Source: Cycas panzhihuaensis (lineage: Eukaryota; Plantae; Cycadophyta). From it: 64,000 nucleotides of DNA. The stretch lies in NCBI GenBank assembly GCA_023213395.1, contig CM041465.1, positions 21,142,001 through 21,206,000 of the forward strand, written 5' to 3'. Position numbers and translations under genes: made by a program. A model generated the notes under the pieces. It did not search any database. It was not told where the DNA came from and saw only the letters and a list, made by a program, of their open reading frames with translations. Below are positions 39,823 through 54,700 of the stretch, piece after piece; position 1 is the stretch's first letter, and every line of letters begins with the position of its first letter.

Positions 39823-42054
39823 ATTGCCCCCAACTTAGGGTGATAGGGTAAAAAGTGATGGTATTCTAGAATATGATAGACCAAAGTGTCAACTTTAGCA
39901 TTTTAACTATGTGGAATATGTTGGATTATTACAAATGGAATGAAAGACAGTAAAGACATAACACAAGCATAAATGGAGCATAAGTGAGTTTAATGGATGT
40001 GACAAACACTAATAAGTTAAAAGACTATAACTTGGGAATTAGCAAAAAGATTAGTAGGTTTATCATGAAATTGTAAGATATCACTTAGGGCTCCTATGAC
40101 AATAATATATTTAACTTTATTGTTAGTTACCCTAGGATAGAATACACCATCATTAGTTAAAATTTTGCCTATTTAGTCACAAATAATCCATGCAATAGCA
40201 AATGGCCCTAAGTTTCCTTGACTATATCCATTAGTATATATGCTCAATGCTATGATAGAGAGGGAATAAACTTAAACACAAAGTGATAGATGTACGGATG
40301 GTGTAAGAATCAACATATGAGAATATGATTCGAAATGAGAGACTTGGTCTTGACTATAACATGATAAGGGAATAGGACCATGGTTTGCTTTCCTCACCAT
40401 GGGAACACCTCCTAAACATAATTAGTGTAAAAGATACTAGATGTTGAATAGGTTTTAATTGTAATTAAGGCTACAATGGGATCAAACAACTAGATCTAAA
40501 GGTCCTAAATGACACACATTGATAAACCTTAACCACAGTACTATAGGTGGAGATAAATTCATCATGTAACTTACTTTGGATGCCAAAAGGTAGAGATATA
40601 TATACAAAGTTTTTCTTCCTTTTTTTTCTTAGATCATACTATATGATGGTTCAAATGAGGGTTATGGTAAAGTAAGTATTATTGAACTCACTTTCTAGAT
40701 AATAAGTAATCACGATTTCCACTAAGATCATAATGCAATATTTACTAAGGTATGATGAATGGAAATAATGACTAGATTAGGAGGTGCCTAATGATTAGCC
40801 TACTTATGAATTAGTATAACTTCTTAAACTATAGTAAGGGCAACCTTCTAAACAAGACTAATAAGATAAAAAGTCAAGAACCAAATCATCAAAGGCTAAA
40901 CCATAGGATATGGATCTCTAAATAAAAATATATTTGAGTATTAGGGGAAGTTAGAAGGATGAATAATAAGCTTTAAGAGGGAAGCTGAGATGTATAAGAG
41001 GAAACGACCATAGCATAGGAGAATGAGTGATAAGACAAGTAAGAGTGGAGAAAGGTTAGCTACAAGATAATTAAGAATATTTATAAGTTCATGAAGAAAG
41101 TTATTAAAAAAGTGTAATATAACAAGAAAGAGACAACCCAAAAATAGGGATTAGTGGAAAAAAGACTAGAAATTAAAGATTCTTATATAAATAGGGAAGA
41201 TGACCATATGGACTTATATCTAGTTACCATGCTAGTAGACAAAACTAGGAATTAAGTTTCCCAAGTATAGAATTTTGAGTCATAGGTTCTAAAGTAACTC
41301 AAACCAACTAGAGGAATTTCTATAAAAAAGAAAAGGTGCACACTTTTATAGTTTTATGATTTTTTTTAAATTTTCTTTAAGTTATTGAGTAGAGAAAATC
41401 TTAAGAAAGAATAAATAGTCATGATGAAGATGTGAAGATGGTATTCTAAAGATTGGGGAAGAGAATCCATGAAATATTATATAAGTACCATCTCTAATAG
41501 GTTGAGGTTAGGTGGTTAAGCAAGTAATAAAAGTCACTTAAGAAAATAACTAGCATCAAATTTTCTAGGAATGAAAGTTAAGTCATATCTAATCCTTACT
41601 TAGGAGAAGTCATATAAAATCTAGTGGGACATACCTAAGAGGAATCATGAGAATATGTAGTGTATATGCCCAAGATTATCCTTATGAATTTGATTGAAAG
41701 AAGAGTTAAGAGAATAAATAGAGCACTTTTATTAACTTGGAGGTTGATATCATAGAATAACTCATATAATAGACACAAATAAACACCAAAGAAGTACTAA
41801 AGTAGTTTATCTTAAGAAAGGAAATAATGATCAATAAACCTTTATAAGTAAACTTTAACCCTTAAATAAACAAAATATGTTCTCTCTTCAATAATCCTAT
41901 TTATAGCCCTAATGGCCTTATATATCATTAAGAGGGATTAGCAGCTCCTATAAAAAACTTAATAATTAATATCAATACCTAATACTTTGATGACTTCTAC
42001 ATGCTAGTGACTCCCATTTAAGAAGATGGAGTTATATTATAGGTCCCCCACCTC

Positions 42055-43960
42055 TAAGGTGTTGAGCCTCTAAAGTGTTAGAGATGAGGATGCTATTGGA
42101 CAAACTCTTTAGATTCCCAGGTCACTTTATCTACATCACCACTAACCCACTGCACTATATGCTAAAATATAGTGTGATTTTAGAGGTAACTCTAATGACT
42201 ATCAAGGATTTGATTTGGTAGGACTATGAGGTTATATTCATTATTGAGAATGGGTAGGGTGGTGTGGTGTATAACTTTTCTACCCAAGTATTTTTTTATG
42301 AAAGAGACATAAAATACATTATGGATATTGGTGTTTAGGGGAAGTTAAAGGGTGTAGACAACTTAACCAATTTTTTAGAGGATTTTATATGGACCATAAT
42401 AATGTGGGATTAGCTTATGGCCTATATGAGACTTAAGTGATTGTTGTTAATATAGTTGGAGATGGAGGAATACTAGATCTCCAATATCAAATGACTAATC
42501 TGACTAATAGTGGTTAGTGAGTTACTTCATGTGATTTCATGTAATGTCTAGTTTTCTCCTAAGGTTATAGAGGATTTCATCCATATCTTGAAGCCTTTAT
42601 TAGGCTAAGGTAGTCCAAAAATTGGTCACCAAGATATGGTGAGAAGGGGAGTGATAACCATATAATGCCAAAAGTAGGGATATGCTAATGGTTGAGTGGT
42701 GAGATGAGTTGTACTAATATTTTGCTAGGGAAAGCTAGGAGGTCTGCTTAGCTCGTTGCTCTAAGGTAAAGTAATGTAGGTGCATTTCTAAAGTTTTATT
42801 CAAGAACTTAGATTGACCATGTATTTGAGGATAGTAAGTAGAACTCATATTGAATGAGTTTTCTATGACTATGGAGAGGTCTTACCAAAAAGACCTAATG
42901 AACTTGGGATCCTAATCATAAACTTTGGTTAAGGGAAATCCATAAAGGTGAAAAATAAATTGGATATACAAGTCAACAAAATAATACGAGGTGTGTATTA
43001 GAAGGAAGTATAAATGCTTGGTTAATCTATTTATGACCACCCAGATAGAGTTAAGACCAATGAATATATGTAGGCTAGTGATGAAATTCATGATAATGTC
43101 CTACTATTTTCCTTATAGAATATGTAGTGGTTAGAGGAGTCCCAGTAGGGCTTTAGTATCCACCTTGTTCTACTAACAAGTGTCATACTCTAATATGAAG
43201 GTGAAGATGGTAGGTTTTATGTGGGGATGAAAGAAATCTATACAAATATATCAATAGGTTTTATTGAATCTTGAGTGGCCTCCTAGGGGAGTAAAGTGAG
43301 ACTCTATTAAAATTTGAGTGATAAATAAGGAGGACGGGTGTATAATGATGCAATTCCTAAAGAGAAAATAGTTGTTGTGGGTTAACCAACATTTGGATGA
43401 GATATTTTTCACTCCAATGGGTGTAGTCAAGTTGAGCCTAGTATTTAACATGTAATTTATTAAGCTAAATGGGGTAGGGCTTTGATATAACAAGAATAAT
43501 AAGGCTGGAGGTATTAGAATCAGGTCCAAGAAAGAGAGAGCATCTGTAAGCATGTGTCTTTGCCTTTCTTATATAAACTTATAAAGTCAAAGACCTATAA
43601 GTGATCAATCCATTCAGCCTATTCTTCTAATAGAACCAACTAATCCAATAGGCTATGGAGGCTATGATGGTCTATAAGGATAAGAAATTTTGACCCCAAG
43701 AGATATTAATGGAATTTTCCCATGGAATGCAAGATAACTCTTATTTCATTTAGGTATATGGAGAGTTAGAGTTTATAATCTTTTAGTTTTCAACTTTCAA
43801 ATGCAATGGGATGATGGTCTTACATAGGAACTACACCCAGGCTAAATCTTGATGTGTCACATTTGAGCTAGAATGGTTGGGTGAAATCAGAAGTGATAAG
43901 GACTAGGATAGAGGTCATTAGTACTTTGAGATAGTAAAAGGTAACATCAATGTCTAAAGA
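42055..43960 (-). pseudogene. F pol 3' part: RNase H, integrase, chromodomain
   Basis: RH ~43550-43920 (TDALS at its end). INT ESHFTPLGGHSRFNKTY. Chromodomain-like IVQWVSGDVDKVTWES at ~42110-42160. Confidence 0.85.
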
Positions 43961-46249
43961 TGTTTATCTAAAATTTACCCTTGTCACTTAGTTACATTTA
44001 TCACTAGGTTATTTGCTATAGATTATTTAATAATCAATTCTATTGTATATATATGGTTATATATTTATTATCTTTTAGAGTCAGTGTTTAACTATTGATT
44101 GATCATATCATGGGTTAATTATGATTTCATTTGCTTTATACTATTATCATATTATCCTATATTATGATATAGTGACTAGATGATTAATTATATATGATGC
44201 TAATTATCCATTTTCTAATGATTGATAATATGAATCATGTCTTGTCTTTTACCCAATCCAAAACCATCTCATTCGATTTCTTTACTTATTTCACTCTCTA
44301 TTTATCATAGTTTAACTTGCCTTATTTGATTTTGTTCACATGTTTGCCTTCATTTTTTTCTTTGAGTCTCATTGATTCTAGCTTTATCAGTTAATGTTTT
44401 AATAGAATATTTCTTTTAAAGTAGATTGATTCAGTTGAGAAACCTCTTTTGTTTTTTATTTTTTATTCATTTCTTCTTAATTGTATTTTTAGTTATGTAA
44501 AAAATGTGACTTTATTAATAAAATATGACCATTATATTTTATTAACAAAATTACTTTTTTTATCCTTAATAAAATGTGATTCACATTTTATAAAGGGAAT
44601 CATATTTTTTACTATGCTATTTATAAATTTTTAAAATAGAAATATTGATTTCCCCTTTTTTCTCACTAATCACTACCTAGATCTTTAGAGACTCATCACT
44701 TAACCCTCCTTAACTGCTTCTCATCCTCTAGAGGCATATTCATGTAGGGGTTTGGTTGAAAATTAGTGAGATTATCATAAGAAATTATGGCATAATTTCT
44801 AACTAAGATTGATTCTAGGATCTGAGAGAGCTAGGGGCAAGAAAAGGAGAATTAAGTAGAATTCTTTTAGTGTCCATTAGCTATCTTAGAATTTGGTTAT
44901 GATCTTTTCTAAATAGAGTTTTAAGTTTTCCTTATTCGAATCCTATTCCAAGTGATTTACTTTCAATATTATCTAGTTTCCTATGAGATTTTACTTGTCT
45001 TACTTATACTATTTGAGATCCAATGGGGGATCTATCCCTATGAGACCTACTTGAACCTACTATAAGGAATAATGGGCTATATTTACCTTATCTCCTTCAT
45101 ACTTATTAGGTTTCATTGCTCATTAATCTAGTGAAATTGATCTCATATAATTTCTACTATCTTTGATAATGTTTTCACCCTCTCTTCTATTACTTTTATC
45201 ATCATCCATACCATCCTTATGGCCTTAAGGACTTGATGGTAAAGTTTGGGTAGGAACTTGGAACCATTCTAAGGCAACTATTGCTAGATTCAATCATCTT
45301 TTAAGTTTCAAGGATTGCATGTAATAGATATTGTTATATTACCTATCTTTGTGATACTTGTATTTTGTTATCTTCATCATTGAGCTTATCTTGGATATAA
45401 AGGAGGGATTCCAAGTGAGAAGAGTTGTTTCAACATCAAATCTAATTACTAGTTATACAAATCTCTTTCACTTAAATACCTTTTCCTTTTCTTGGTTTCA
45501 AAATTATTCAAAATTAAAGCAAAGAGAAAGAATCAAAGTGAATCATCTTTTGACTTTTACTTGTATGCTTCAATTATTTTGGTTTATTTCATTTTATATA
45601 CACAAGAAAAGATAAAGCTTCATCTTGAAAAGTTGAGTTTGGTAAATTTAAGGTCTAAAATTATAATTGTATGATTACTTATTCCTTTGGTCTTTTATTT
45701 TCATTTGAGTACACTTGACCAATTGAAAAAGAAAATAAAAGAGTAGGTGATAAGATAACTATAAGTACAACTTTTGTGCTAAAATCTCCCTTGTCTCTTA
45801 TGTCTCTTTTGCTTATAATCACTTGTGTGTGTGTTGTTTAATATATTCATATAAACAAAAGATGAATATTAGTTGTTGCATGTAGCTTCATTTTTAACAT
45901 TAGACTTAGGTCTATTTTGATTTCTTATTTCATCTAAACATTTTCAATTTTAATTATTTCCTTTCCTTTCATTATGAGTATAACCACAAGTGAGTGAAGA
46001 CTCCTCCCTAGGAGTTGGTTAAGTGGTTTGCACTTTAGACTAATAACTGTAGTCACTCTATTGTGATCGAACCAAAACCAGCATGTTATTTTCTAGTGAC
46101 CTTGTTGGGGAAGTTCCCAAAACTTCCTATCTAAACACCCTAGATTTGCCACCACTTATTCTTGTTTCCATTTGTTTTAGGCTTGTACTATGACTTTTGA
46201 CATTCCTATTCTCTTAAAGATCCATCCGCATACACAATGTAGGAGGTCT

Positions 46250-48790
46250 TTATGGTAATAGGACACCCCTCTTAAATATGACTATTAGAAACTTATCTCA
46301 CTCATGAGGATTATTCTAAACATCAAGCTTATAAGACTTATCTTTATCCTCTTGAGGAACCTAATGACCTTTATGATGTCCCTATTGAGTAGGCTTATCT
46401 TGACTTACCTTATGAATAAGTTGGTAACTTATCTCTTCCTATTTCTTCTTCCATATAAGAGGAAACTCAACATGCTCAAGTTGATCATCCTTATTTTCAG
46501 CCCATCCTTACTAGGATTCCTTCACTTATACCTATCCCTAGTTATCATGATCCCTTTCACCAGGACACTTATACCATGGCTACATCTCCTCATCATCAAC
46601 AATCCAATCCTATTATTCATGAGCATCAATCTTTACAAGTTGACCCTTCAAACCTGATCAAGCCTTTACACTCACTTGTTCCTTTTTATTCACCCACTCC
46701 TAGGGCACCTCTTATCTCACCTAATGAGGCAAGAGATATTAAATTAGTTCATTCCCAATCTCACCAACCAATTCACTGTATATAAGAGGGAACTCAAGTA
46801 CCTCTTGTTTCTTCAATTCCTCATCACATTACTCTTAAGATTTCTATTCAAGAGCACTGTATTATTCATCAGGTATCTACTTCTCATCTATCTAGTAGAG
46901 AGTTTTCATCTTTCCTGAGATATAACTAGATTCATCATAGTTTGCATATTCCACCCTTTAGTAAACCTAATCCTTCTTATCATACTTCCAACCCCAATCA
47001 AACCAATCCTTATCCTTTTAAATAATAAAATACCAAACATACTATGAGACCTCCTCCTTCTCCTTATAAGAGACCTCATCCTTCAATGCCTCCATACTCT
47101 AGGTATGATACTCAAGGATCTTACCTACATGCTATTTTTAACCAACAAGAATCCGTTAGGCATGTTAATTAGTTTTCATCATCCTTTGTCCCTAGGCCTT
47201 TTCCTCAATATACTTCACCTCCCTTTCAACATAACCCTTTGTTTCCTAAATATTATATTCCTTAAATAAATGCTAATATAAACCTATCCACATGGTTTAA
47301 TCCTTCTCATCCACCATCTATTCACTCTTCTCATTATAAACAATAACCACTTACTTTTTCATTGCCTTATCAAAATCCTCCTCCTTAATGTCCTTCTATG
47401 TTGAGGCTTAGGATATCCTTCATAGACTATATGATGTCCCCTTTACTATAATAGGTCTTCCTTTCATCTATGCCTCTTTACATGAACTACTCAAGGTTTT
47501 AGGCAAATATTTATAAGACCTCACCTCACATGTGCAAGCTTTTTCACTTGCATGTGCTGACCTTTTATTGTATGATTATGTAATGATGTTGTTATTTCTG
47601 AAATCACTTTAGACTGATGCTTTGAAGTGCTTATATTACCTACCTTTATCTTTGGTTTTCTCTTTCTAACAATTAATTAACCCCTTTATTAGTTGTTTTT
47701 ATATTGCTAGGACTTTTGAGTCTAGGATTAAATATTTACTATCGATTAAATAAAATCATGATGAGTCATCCTATGACTTCATCAGGAGATTTCAAGATTA
47801 GGTACATTCTTATAACTCCCCACTATATTCAAGTCTTCTCTTTAAACTCTTCACTAATGCTTTAAGGCCATAGGTGCACTTAGAAGTCTTAAAACTTAGT
47901 CCTTAATCTTATAAAGAGGCTATTAATAAGTGCTTGGATCTTAAGGACTTTAAAATTTAGGTTGGTATCAACAAAGTTAATAAGTCTCTTCTAACCAAAG
48001 AATCAACCTAATCATCTAAGCCACCTCATTATGAATAAACCTATGATCATATTAACTCATCCATTAGAGTACTTGAGCATACAATAAAGACTAAGTTGCA
48101 TTTTGATAATCCTCCTACCAACCAATCTAATTAGGAGACTAAGATTATTCATTTCACTAAAGGAAAGAAATGTCAAAATCCTCCTTCTCCTCCTCTAGTG
48201 AAGAAGACTTAATGGTGTTCATACCATCAAACTAATAGTCATGATAGAAGCCAATATCCATCATTTAATCTATGACTCATAAACCTCAATCTTCTAATGA
48301 TCAAACATCAAAACCTAATCAGGAGTAAATTATCCATAAATATTTATTGCCCTAATATGACTCTAAGGAAATTAAGAATAATAGAAAAGGTAAGTCTAAA
48401 TAAGATGAACCCAGTGGTAATAAGAGTTCAGGTTCTAATCCAATCAAGAAGCCTACTAGTAACCCAATGTGACTAATAAGTGAACTAATAATTAGAATTG
48501 CCCTCCTCTTCAAGGTGGAGTAATTAGGAGAGTGATCAACATAGCTAAGGTCATAAAGAATGTAGGTATGGCTAATCCCTTGATGATTTGATTATCAAGA
48601 ATCCTGATTCTTTATTTCTTGCCCCCCATCATCCTATTTATTTTAAGTATATTCCTTCTACTTTAAATGATGGATCCTTCTCTTTAGTTGAGGAATTAAA
48701 AATTATCCCTATAGGCATCTTAGTTATGGATTTGTTAATAAGTTATCTTGAATAACAACAATCATTATTTGATTATTTGGGAGTCCTTAC
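46250..48790 (+). pseudogene. gag of G (ends just before the protease)
   Basis: Colinear with rc of A 10400-12660; e.g. HVQAFSLACAD at ~47528 versus HIQVFVLACKDF in A. Confidence 0.85.
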
Positions 48791-49180
48791 TCCTAAACTT
48801 TCATTAGAGAACCTCTTACCCACCACCACCACCACCTACTATGGTTATCTAGCTCTCATTAGAGATAATATCCATACTATATGTAGGAGAACTGCCACCT
48901 CCTATTATCTCTCTAGAGTAAACTATCTCCCTTGTCCCCTCCCTCCATATCCACCTCTCTCATCACCACCACTTACTTTACCCAATCCTTAACCACCCTA
49001 CCTCTGAGTACCATCACCTATTTGTCGCCCCCTACTTCTATGTATAATAGGAAGCCTCCCTATAACTACCCTATACTATATGATATTGAAAACCCTTCAT
49101 CTTACCATATAGTATACACCCCAATGCATCTCTATTGAATATACTCACTCATACTTATACTACCTTTTGAAGTTATCTCA
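48790..49180 (-). pseudogene. Fragment of the antisense PMD gene (E/G-rich part) in G
   Basis: rc ~49020-49075 resembles A 2968-3020; composition is C/T-rich on +. Confidence 0.45.
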
Positions 49181-49552
49181 AAGCTGTATAAGATGTCAAT
49201 TTTCCTCTAAAAGGTGCTTTGACTCCAACTCTCAATGGTGAAAATAAATGTTGAATAACTCTCATTTTATATAAAAGGGTACCTTTTCCTCCTAAAAGAA
49301 AAAATTTCTTCACTTAATTTACTTATGTTATACAAATATTCCATGGTTTAGTGATTTATATTTGACATATTTATATCTTTCTTCAATGATTTACCCTTAT
49401 TATCAAATTTTTATTTCATTAATAAAGGTAATGAATATCACTTAAGCAAGGACATTTTCTTTAAATCAATATCTCTAACCGTAAGTATGTTTAAAGTCTA
49501 TAGAATCCATTTGTAATCTTCATCTTAATTTTTACCATTTTGCTTCAAGAAT

Positions 49553-49745
49553 CCATCTATTAAAAAGCCTAAATTATGATAGTTATACTCCAAAAAGTCA
49601 TCTACTAATGAGATCAAACTATGGTAGTCTTTATCTCCAAAAAATCATCTATTGATGAGCCTAAACTATAATAGTCTTTTCCTATTATACTTTTACATGG
49701 GACTCTTCCTCTAAAGCATTGCCAATGAGGTGAAACTATGGTGAT
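49553..49745. repeat. ~47-bp tandem array with core AATGAGNNNAAACTATG
   Basis: Units at ~49553, 49599, 49646 and 49717, upstream of the PPT as in A. Confidence 0.8.
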
Positions 49746-52121
49746 AATCATTTATTAAGACTCATCAACTCCTTAGGAAATCTACTATTATTAACAATTA
49801 TGATCATTATTTTAGTTGTAGTTTGAGAGTGTTTTTGCTTACTTTTGTTATAAGTAGTATTAATCAAGGTCATTTTTACTATCATCCCATTATATGCAAT
49901 CCTATCATTCAAGTTTCACTTGTATTACAACATCAAGAACATGTTTATTTCTAACTCTAAGCCATCACAATTCACCATCTTGCTTTTATTCTCAAGTAGG
50001 AGCTTGTGATGGCAAGAGGGGAAATGTTTCATTAAATTTGGGCCTTATCAATTAGTCACATTCATCAGTAGGTTATCTACTATGGATTATTTAATGATGG
50101 ATTTTTATATGTGCATATGGTTATGTATTTACTATCATTTAGAGTTTGTGTTTAGTTCTTGATTCATCATAACATGGGTTAGTTATGATTACATTTGTTT
50201 TCAACTATTATCATGTTATCTTAGATTATGATATGGTGATAAAATGATTGATTATATATGATGATGATTATCCATTTGATGATGACTAATACTATGAAGC
50301 TATCTCATTTGATTTCTTTATTCATCATTTCACTCTCTATTTATCATTATTTAAACTTACCTTATTTTATTTTTCTCACATATTTACCCTTATTTTTTTC
50401 TTCAATTCTCATCAATTTTAGCTTTATCAGTTAATGTTTTAACCTTTTTTTTTAGTTACACTTATTCAATTGAGAAACCTCTTTTGTTTTTCATTTTTTA
50501 TTCATTAGTTTTTTATCATATTTTTAGTTATGTCAAAAATATGGATTTATTAATAAAATATAATCATCATATTTTGTTAATAAAATCACAATTTTTTATC
50601 CTTAATAAAACATGGCTATCATGTTTTATAAAGTAAATCACATTTTTGACTATGTTATTTATAAATTTTTAAAATAGAAATGTTGATTTCCCTTTTTTTC
50701 TCAATGACCTACATCTAAATCTTTAGGACTCATCCCTTGATCCTCCTTAAATGCTTCTTAACCTCCAGAGACCTATCCATGTAAGGTTTAGATTAGAAAT
50801 TAGTGATATCATGATAAAAAAATATGCCATAATTTCTAACTGAGATTGATTCCATAATCTAAGAGAATTGGGGGTAGGGAAAGGAAAATTAAATATCATT
50901 TTTTCTGGTATTCATTAGTTGCTATAAAGTCTAGCTATGATGCTTTTCTGAATAGAGTTTAGAGTTTTCCTTGTTTTGCATCCTTTTCTAAGTGATTTGC
51001 CTTCAAGATTACTTAGTTTTCTATGAGATTTTGCTTGTCTTACATATACTATTTGAAATTTGATTAGGGATCCATCCCTATAAGACCTTATTAAACCTAT
51101 TATGAGGAATAATGGGCTTTATTTACCCTACCTCCTTCTCAGTTATTAGTTTTTCTTACTCATTCATCCATTGAAATAGATGTTATACAACTTTTAGTAA
51201 CTTTGATTGTGTTTTTTCCCTCTCTTCCAATACTTTTATCATCATTTCTACCATCTTCATGGACTTAAAGATTTGATGGTGAAGTTGAAGTAGGAACTTG
51301 GCATCATTCTAGGGAAACTATTGATGGATTCAATCATCTTTTAAATTTCAAGGATTGCATGAAAGAGATATTGTTATATCATCAATATTTATGATACTTG
51401 TATTTTTCTATCTTTATCATCGATCTTATCTTGGACATAAAGGAGGGAATCTAAGCAAGAAGAGTTATTTCAATATCAAATTTGGTTACTAGGTATAAAA
51501 ATCTCTTTCCTTTAAAGGTCTTTTTCTTTTCTTGCTTTTAAAGTCATTCAAAAGTAAAGCAAAGAGAAAGAATCAAAGTGAATTATCTTTTGACTTTTAC
51601 TTGTATGATTTGATTACTTTGGATTGTTTCATTTTACATACACAAGGAAAGATAAACCTTCATCTTAAAAAGTTGAGTTTGGTGAATCTAAGGTCTAAAA
51701 TTAAAATTGAATAATTTATTATTTCTTTGCTCAATTATTTTCATTTGAGTACACTTAACCAATTGAAAAAGAAAATAAAAGAGTAGGTGATAGGATAATT
51801 GTAAGTATAACTTTCATGCCTAGATCTCCCTTGCCTCTTCTATCTTTATTTCTTGTATTCACTTGGATGTATATTATTTAATATCTTTATGTAAGAAAAA
51901 AAAAGTATATTAATTATTGCATGTAACTTTATTTTTTACATTAGACTTAGGTCTATTTTGATTTCTTATTGTATGTAAACATTTCTAATTTTCATTTCAT
52001 TAAGAGTATAACCACAAGTAAGTGAGGGCTCCTCCTTAGGAGTTGGTAAAGTGGATTACACTTTAGACTAATCACCATAGTCACTCTATTCTGATTTTCC
52101 CAAAGCCAACAAACTAGAAGA

Positions 52122-54700
52122 CCATTGGAGAGGAGTCTTTGTGGAGTAGGTTGGTTAGTGGAGATACTAGAGAGGCATAATTTTATGTAAAATGATAATA
52201 AAACACTATAAGACCAAGGAATTCCCATAGCTACTTGAGATTTATCAATGTCATCTAGGCAGTGATGACTGATATTTTATTAGGATCCCCCCTTACCCAT
52301 TATAAAGATATGATGTACCCCAAATATTAGAGATCTGTTTTTCTAAACTTACACTTAAAAAGTTTTATATATAACTGGCATTGGTGTAATATTAGGAGAG
52401 AAATATTTAGATGATAAATGTGATGGTCTAAGAAAGAACTATAGATAAGGATATTATTAAAGAAGATGATGATAAACTTCTAAAATTGGGGGATAAAGAT
52501 CTTATTTATGAATGCTTAGAATGTGCCAGGTGCATTGTAAAGACTAAAAGGCATCACTTAGAACTCAAACTAGTTTTGATATATTATAAAAGTTATTTTA
52601 TTATAGTCCTTTAGAGTAATTAAGATTTGATAATATCCAAAGTATAAATCCAACTTAGAAAAGATTGAGGCTCCATGGATCTCATCTAACATATTATCTA
52701 TCCTAAGAGTGGGGAACTTTTTTTTTTATAGTAATCTTATTAAGTTCTCTATAATATATGCAAAGGTAAAAGGAGGTATCTTTCTTCCTAACCAAGACTA
52801 TTAGGGCTACATATGGGCTTTTTCTTGGTTAGATTATTCCCATATCCATTAGTTCGATAATGATTTTCTAGATTTTTTTTTAGAAGTAGGAATTTCTATA
52901 TGGACATAGGCTATCTCAGTGATAATTAGATTGGAGGTCAATTATATAGTAGAAACCACTATTAGGTGAGGTAGTACTGGGAAGGGGAGCAAATACTTAT
53001 TTATGCTTAGTAATAACATCCTAGATACATGTGTAGATTTGAGTGTCAACCTAAATGTTATTAAGGTGAACTATATAACTAAGGTTAGATTGGAAGTGTT
53101 TTTTCATGTAGCCTAGTGAAACCAATTAGTTTGGTAAGGACTATAACCCATAGATTTTATGTGTCTTACCCATTTGGTCCTTAAATAATATGAATGGATT
53201 GGTTGGGGAGTTTTTTATACTATAAGTTCCTAAAGTTTGCAACCAATGGATTCTTAATATAGCATTAGATCCTCCTTTAAATAATGTATAAAAATATAAG
53301 ATTAGAAGATATGTGCTAATATAGACATATAGGTTTTTTGTAAAACTAGTATAATGGAAGTTTTGGTACCCTAATAAGGAGCAAGTGAATCTAGTCTTGG
53401 GGATAATATAGAGGTTTAGTTGTTGGGCTAATGAGATGTCAATATAGTTCAAGGATATACCATCATTAATCAAGATTGACATTGAAGTTTTATAGATAAT
53501 GCCTTAACTTGTACGGGTTCAAGACAAGAGGTAGAGGCTATAATTAGGTTGAAGATTAGGGGTGGGGTCTTCCTAAAATTCTTTATTAGTCTCATGCTCT
53601 AAATCAAAATCTGAGTGTTTATTAGGGGACATGGTGGGGTCAATAGAAAAAGATATATGCATCACTTTACCAACCATGCCTAGTAGTCCACTTTTCTAAG
53701 CACTAAGTATAGAGGCCAACCTTTATTCAATATTATGCTTTTACTTGTGAGATTTAAACTTTTTTGTTGAGGGTTCTTCTACCTACCAATCTATTACTAG
53801 GTAACTTATATCATCTAGTCAAGGTTAGGGATGCTAAAAATCTATCTATAGTTAAGTTATATTGTCAAAATGGGGTTGAGGTTACTGGAAGTCTATCTGA
53901 TAGGATCATGAGAACCATGGCTTATCTTATTAAGTAGGCAAGGGTCTTTTGGCTATAAATTCTACCTCTACTACTGTAGACATTTTGATCTTTTCCATAA
54001 GAGAGTTTACAAAAAGGTCTTAAGGCATAACTAAATATAATCATAGGGAGTTGTCATATACATATCTATCAAGGTTTATTTATCCAAACTATTTCTTTAT
54101 AGGAACCACTTATGTAATGCTTGAAATTCATCTTTAAAGACCTTTACTAATGATGTTTATTAGACTATGTCAACTAGGTGAAGAATAATTGACTCCAAGT
54201 ATCCTCTTGCTACTCAAAGATATACTTTATGGAGTGTGAACATGTTTGATTTGAAGGGTAATATTTTCTCCACTAATTAAACCAATGATAAGATTTTCCA
54301 TCTATATGGATGGAGGCATACAATAGCTAATCTTCTTTATTCATCTGATTAAGAGTAAAGTAGGATTCTAATTTATTTATCCAACTATGTATTTATTTAA
54401 ATTAGGATCAAAAGTTAGGATGTTGATTTTGTAGTGGAGCACCTGTTACCTTAGTGGATGGCCTCCATGGGGTGTATTGTTTCTTTATAGAGGGAAAGAA
54501 GGAGGAGAATTAACTATCATATTCAATGTTCTTATGATATTAAAAGTGGATTACATTATTTAAGTAACTAGGGTTGAGAAATTTACCTTTAAAGGGAGGT
54601 TCGCTAAATCTACCTTAGAAGGGAGGTTAGCTAACTCAACCTTCATCTCTTATAAAAATGTTTTAAGCTCAATCTATAATGAAGTGATCCTTTCTCATTA
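52122..54700 (-). pseudogene. F gag, protease and RT, heavily degraded
   Basis: PR ILINDGISLNYID (ORF 53141-53482). RT MPFSL ~52545 and IIFFNNIL ~52450. Colinear with E. Confidence 0.85.

Larger units (their letters stand above)
43961..52116 (+). mobile_element. Element G: pol-less deletion derivative of the A/B/C family, inserted in the F RT/RH linker
   Basis: LTRs 43961-46088 and 50025-52116 (the ORF-track peptides at 45492 and 51532 are paralogous). Flanks AAAGA/GAAGA. Decayed PBS TAGTGACCTTGTTGGGGA at 46094-46111. PPT at 50011-50024. Confidence 0.9.

Noticed and set aside
45492-51714. Two similar 60-aa ORFs as a duplicated gene
   Set aside because: They are the same position in the two LTRs of element G.
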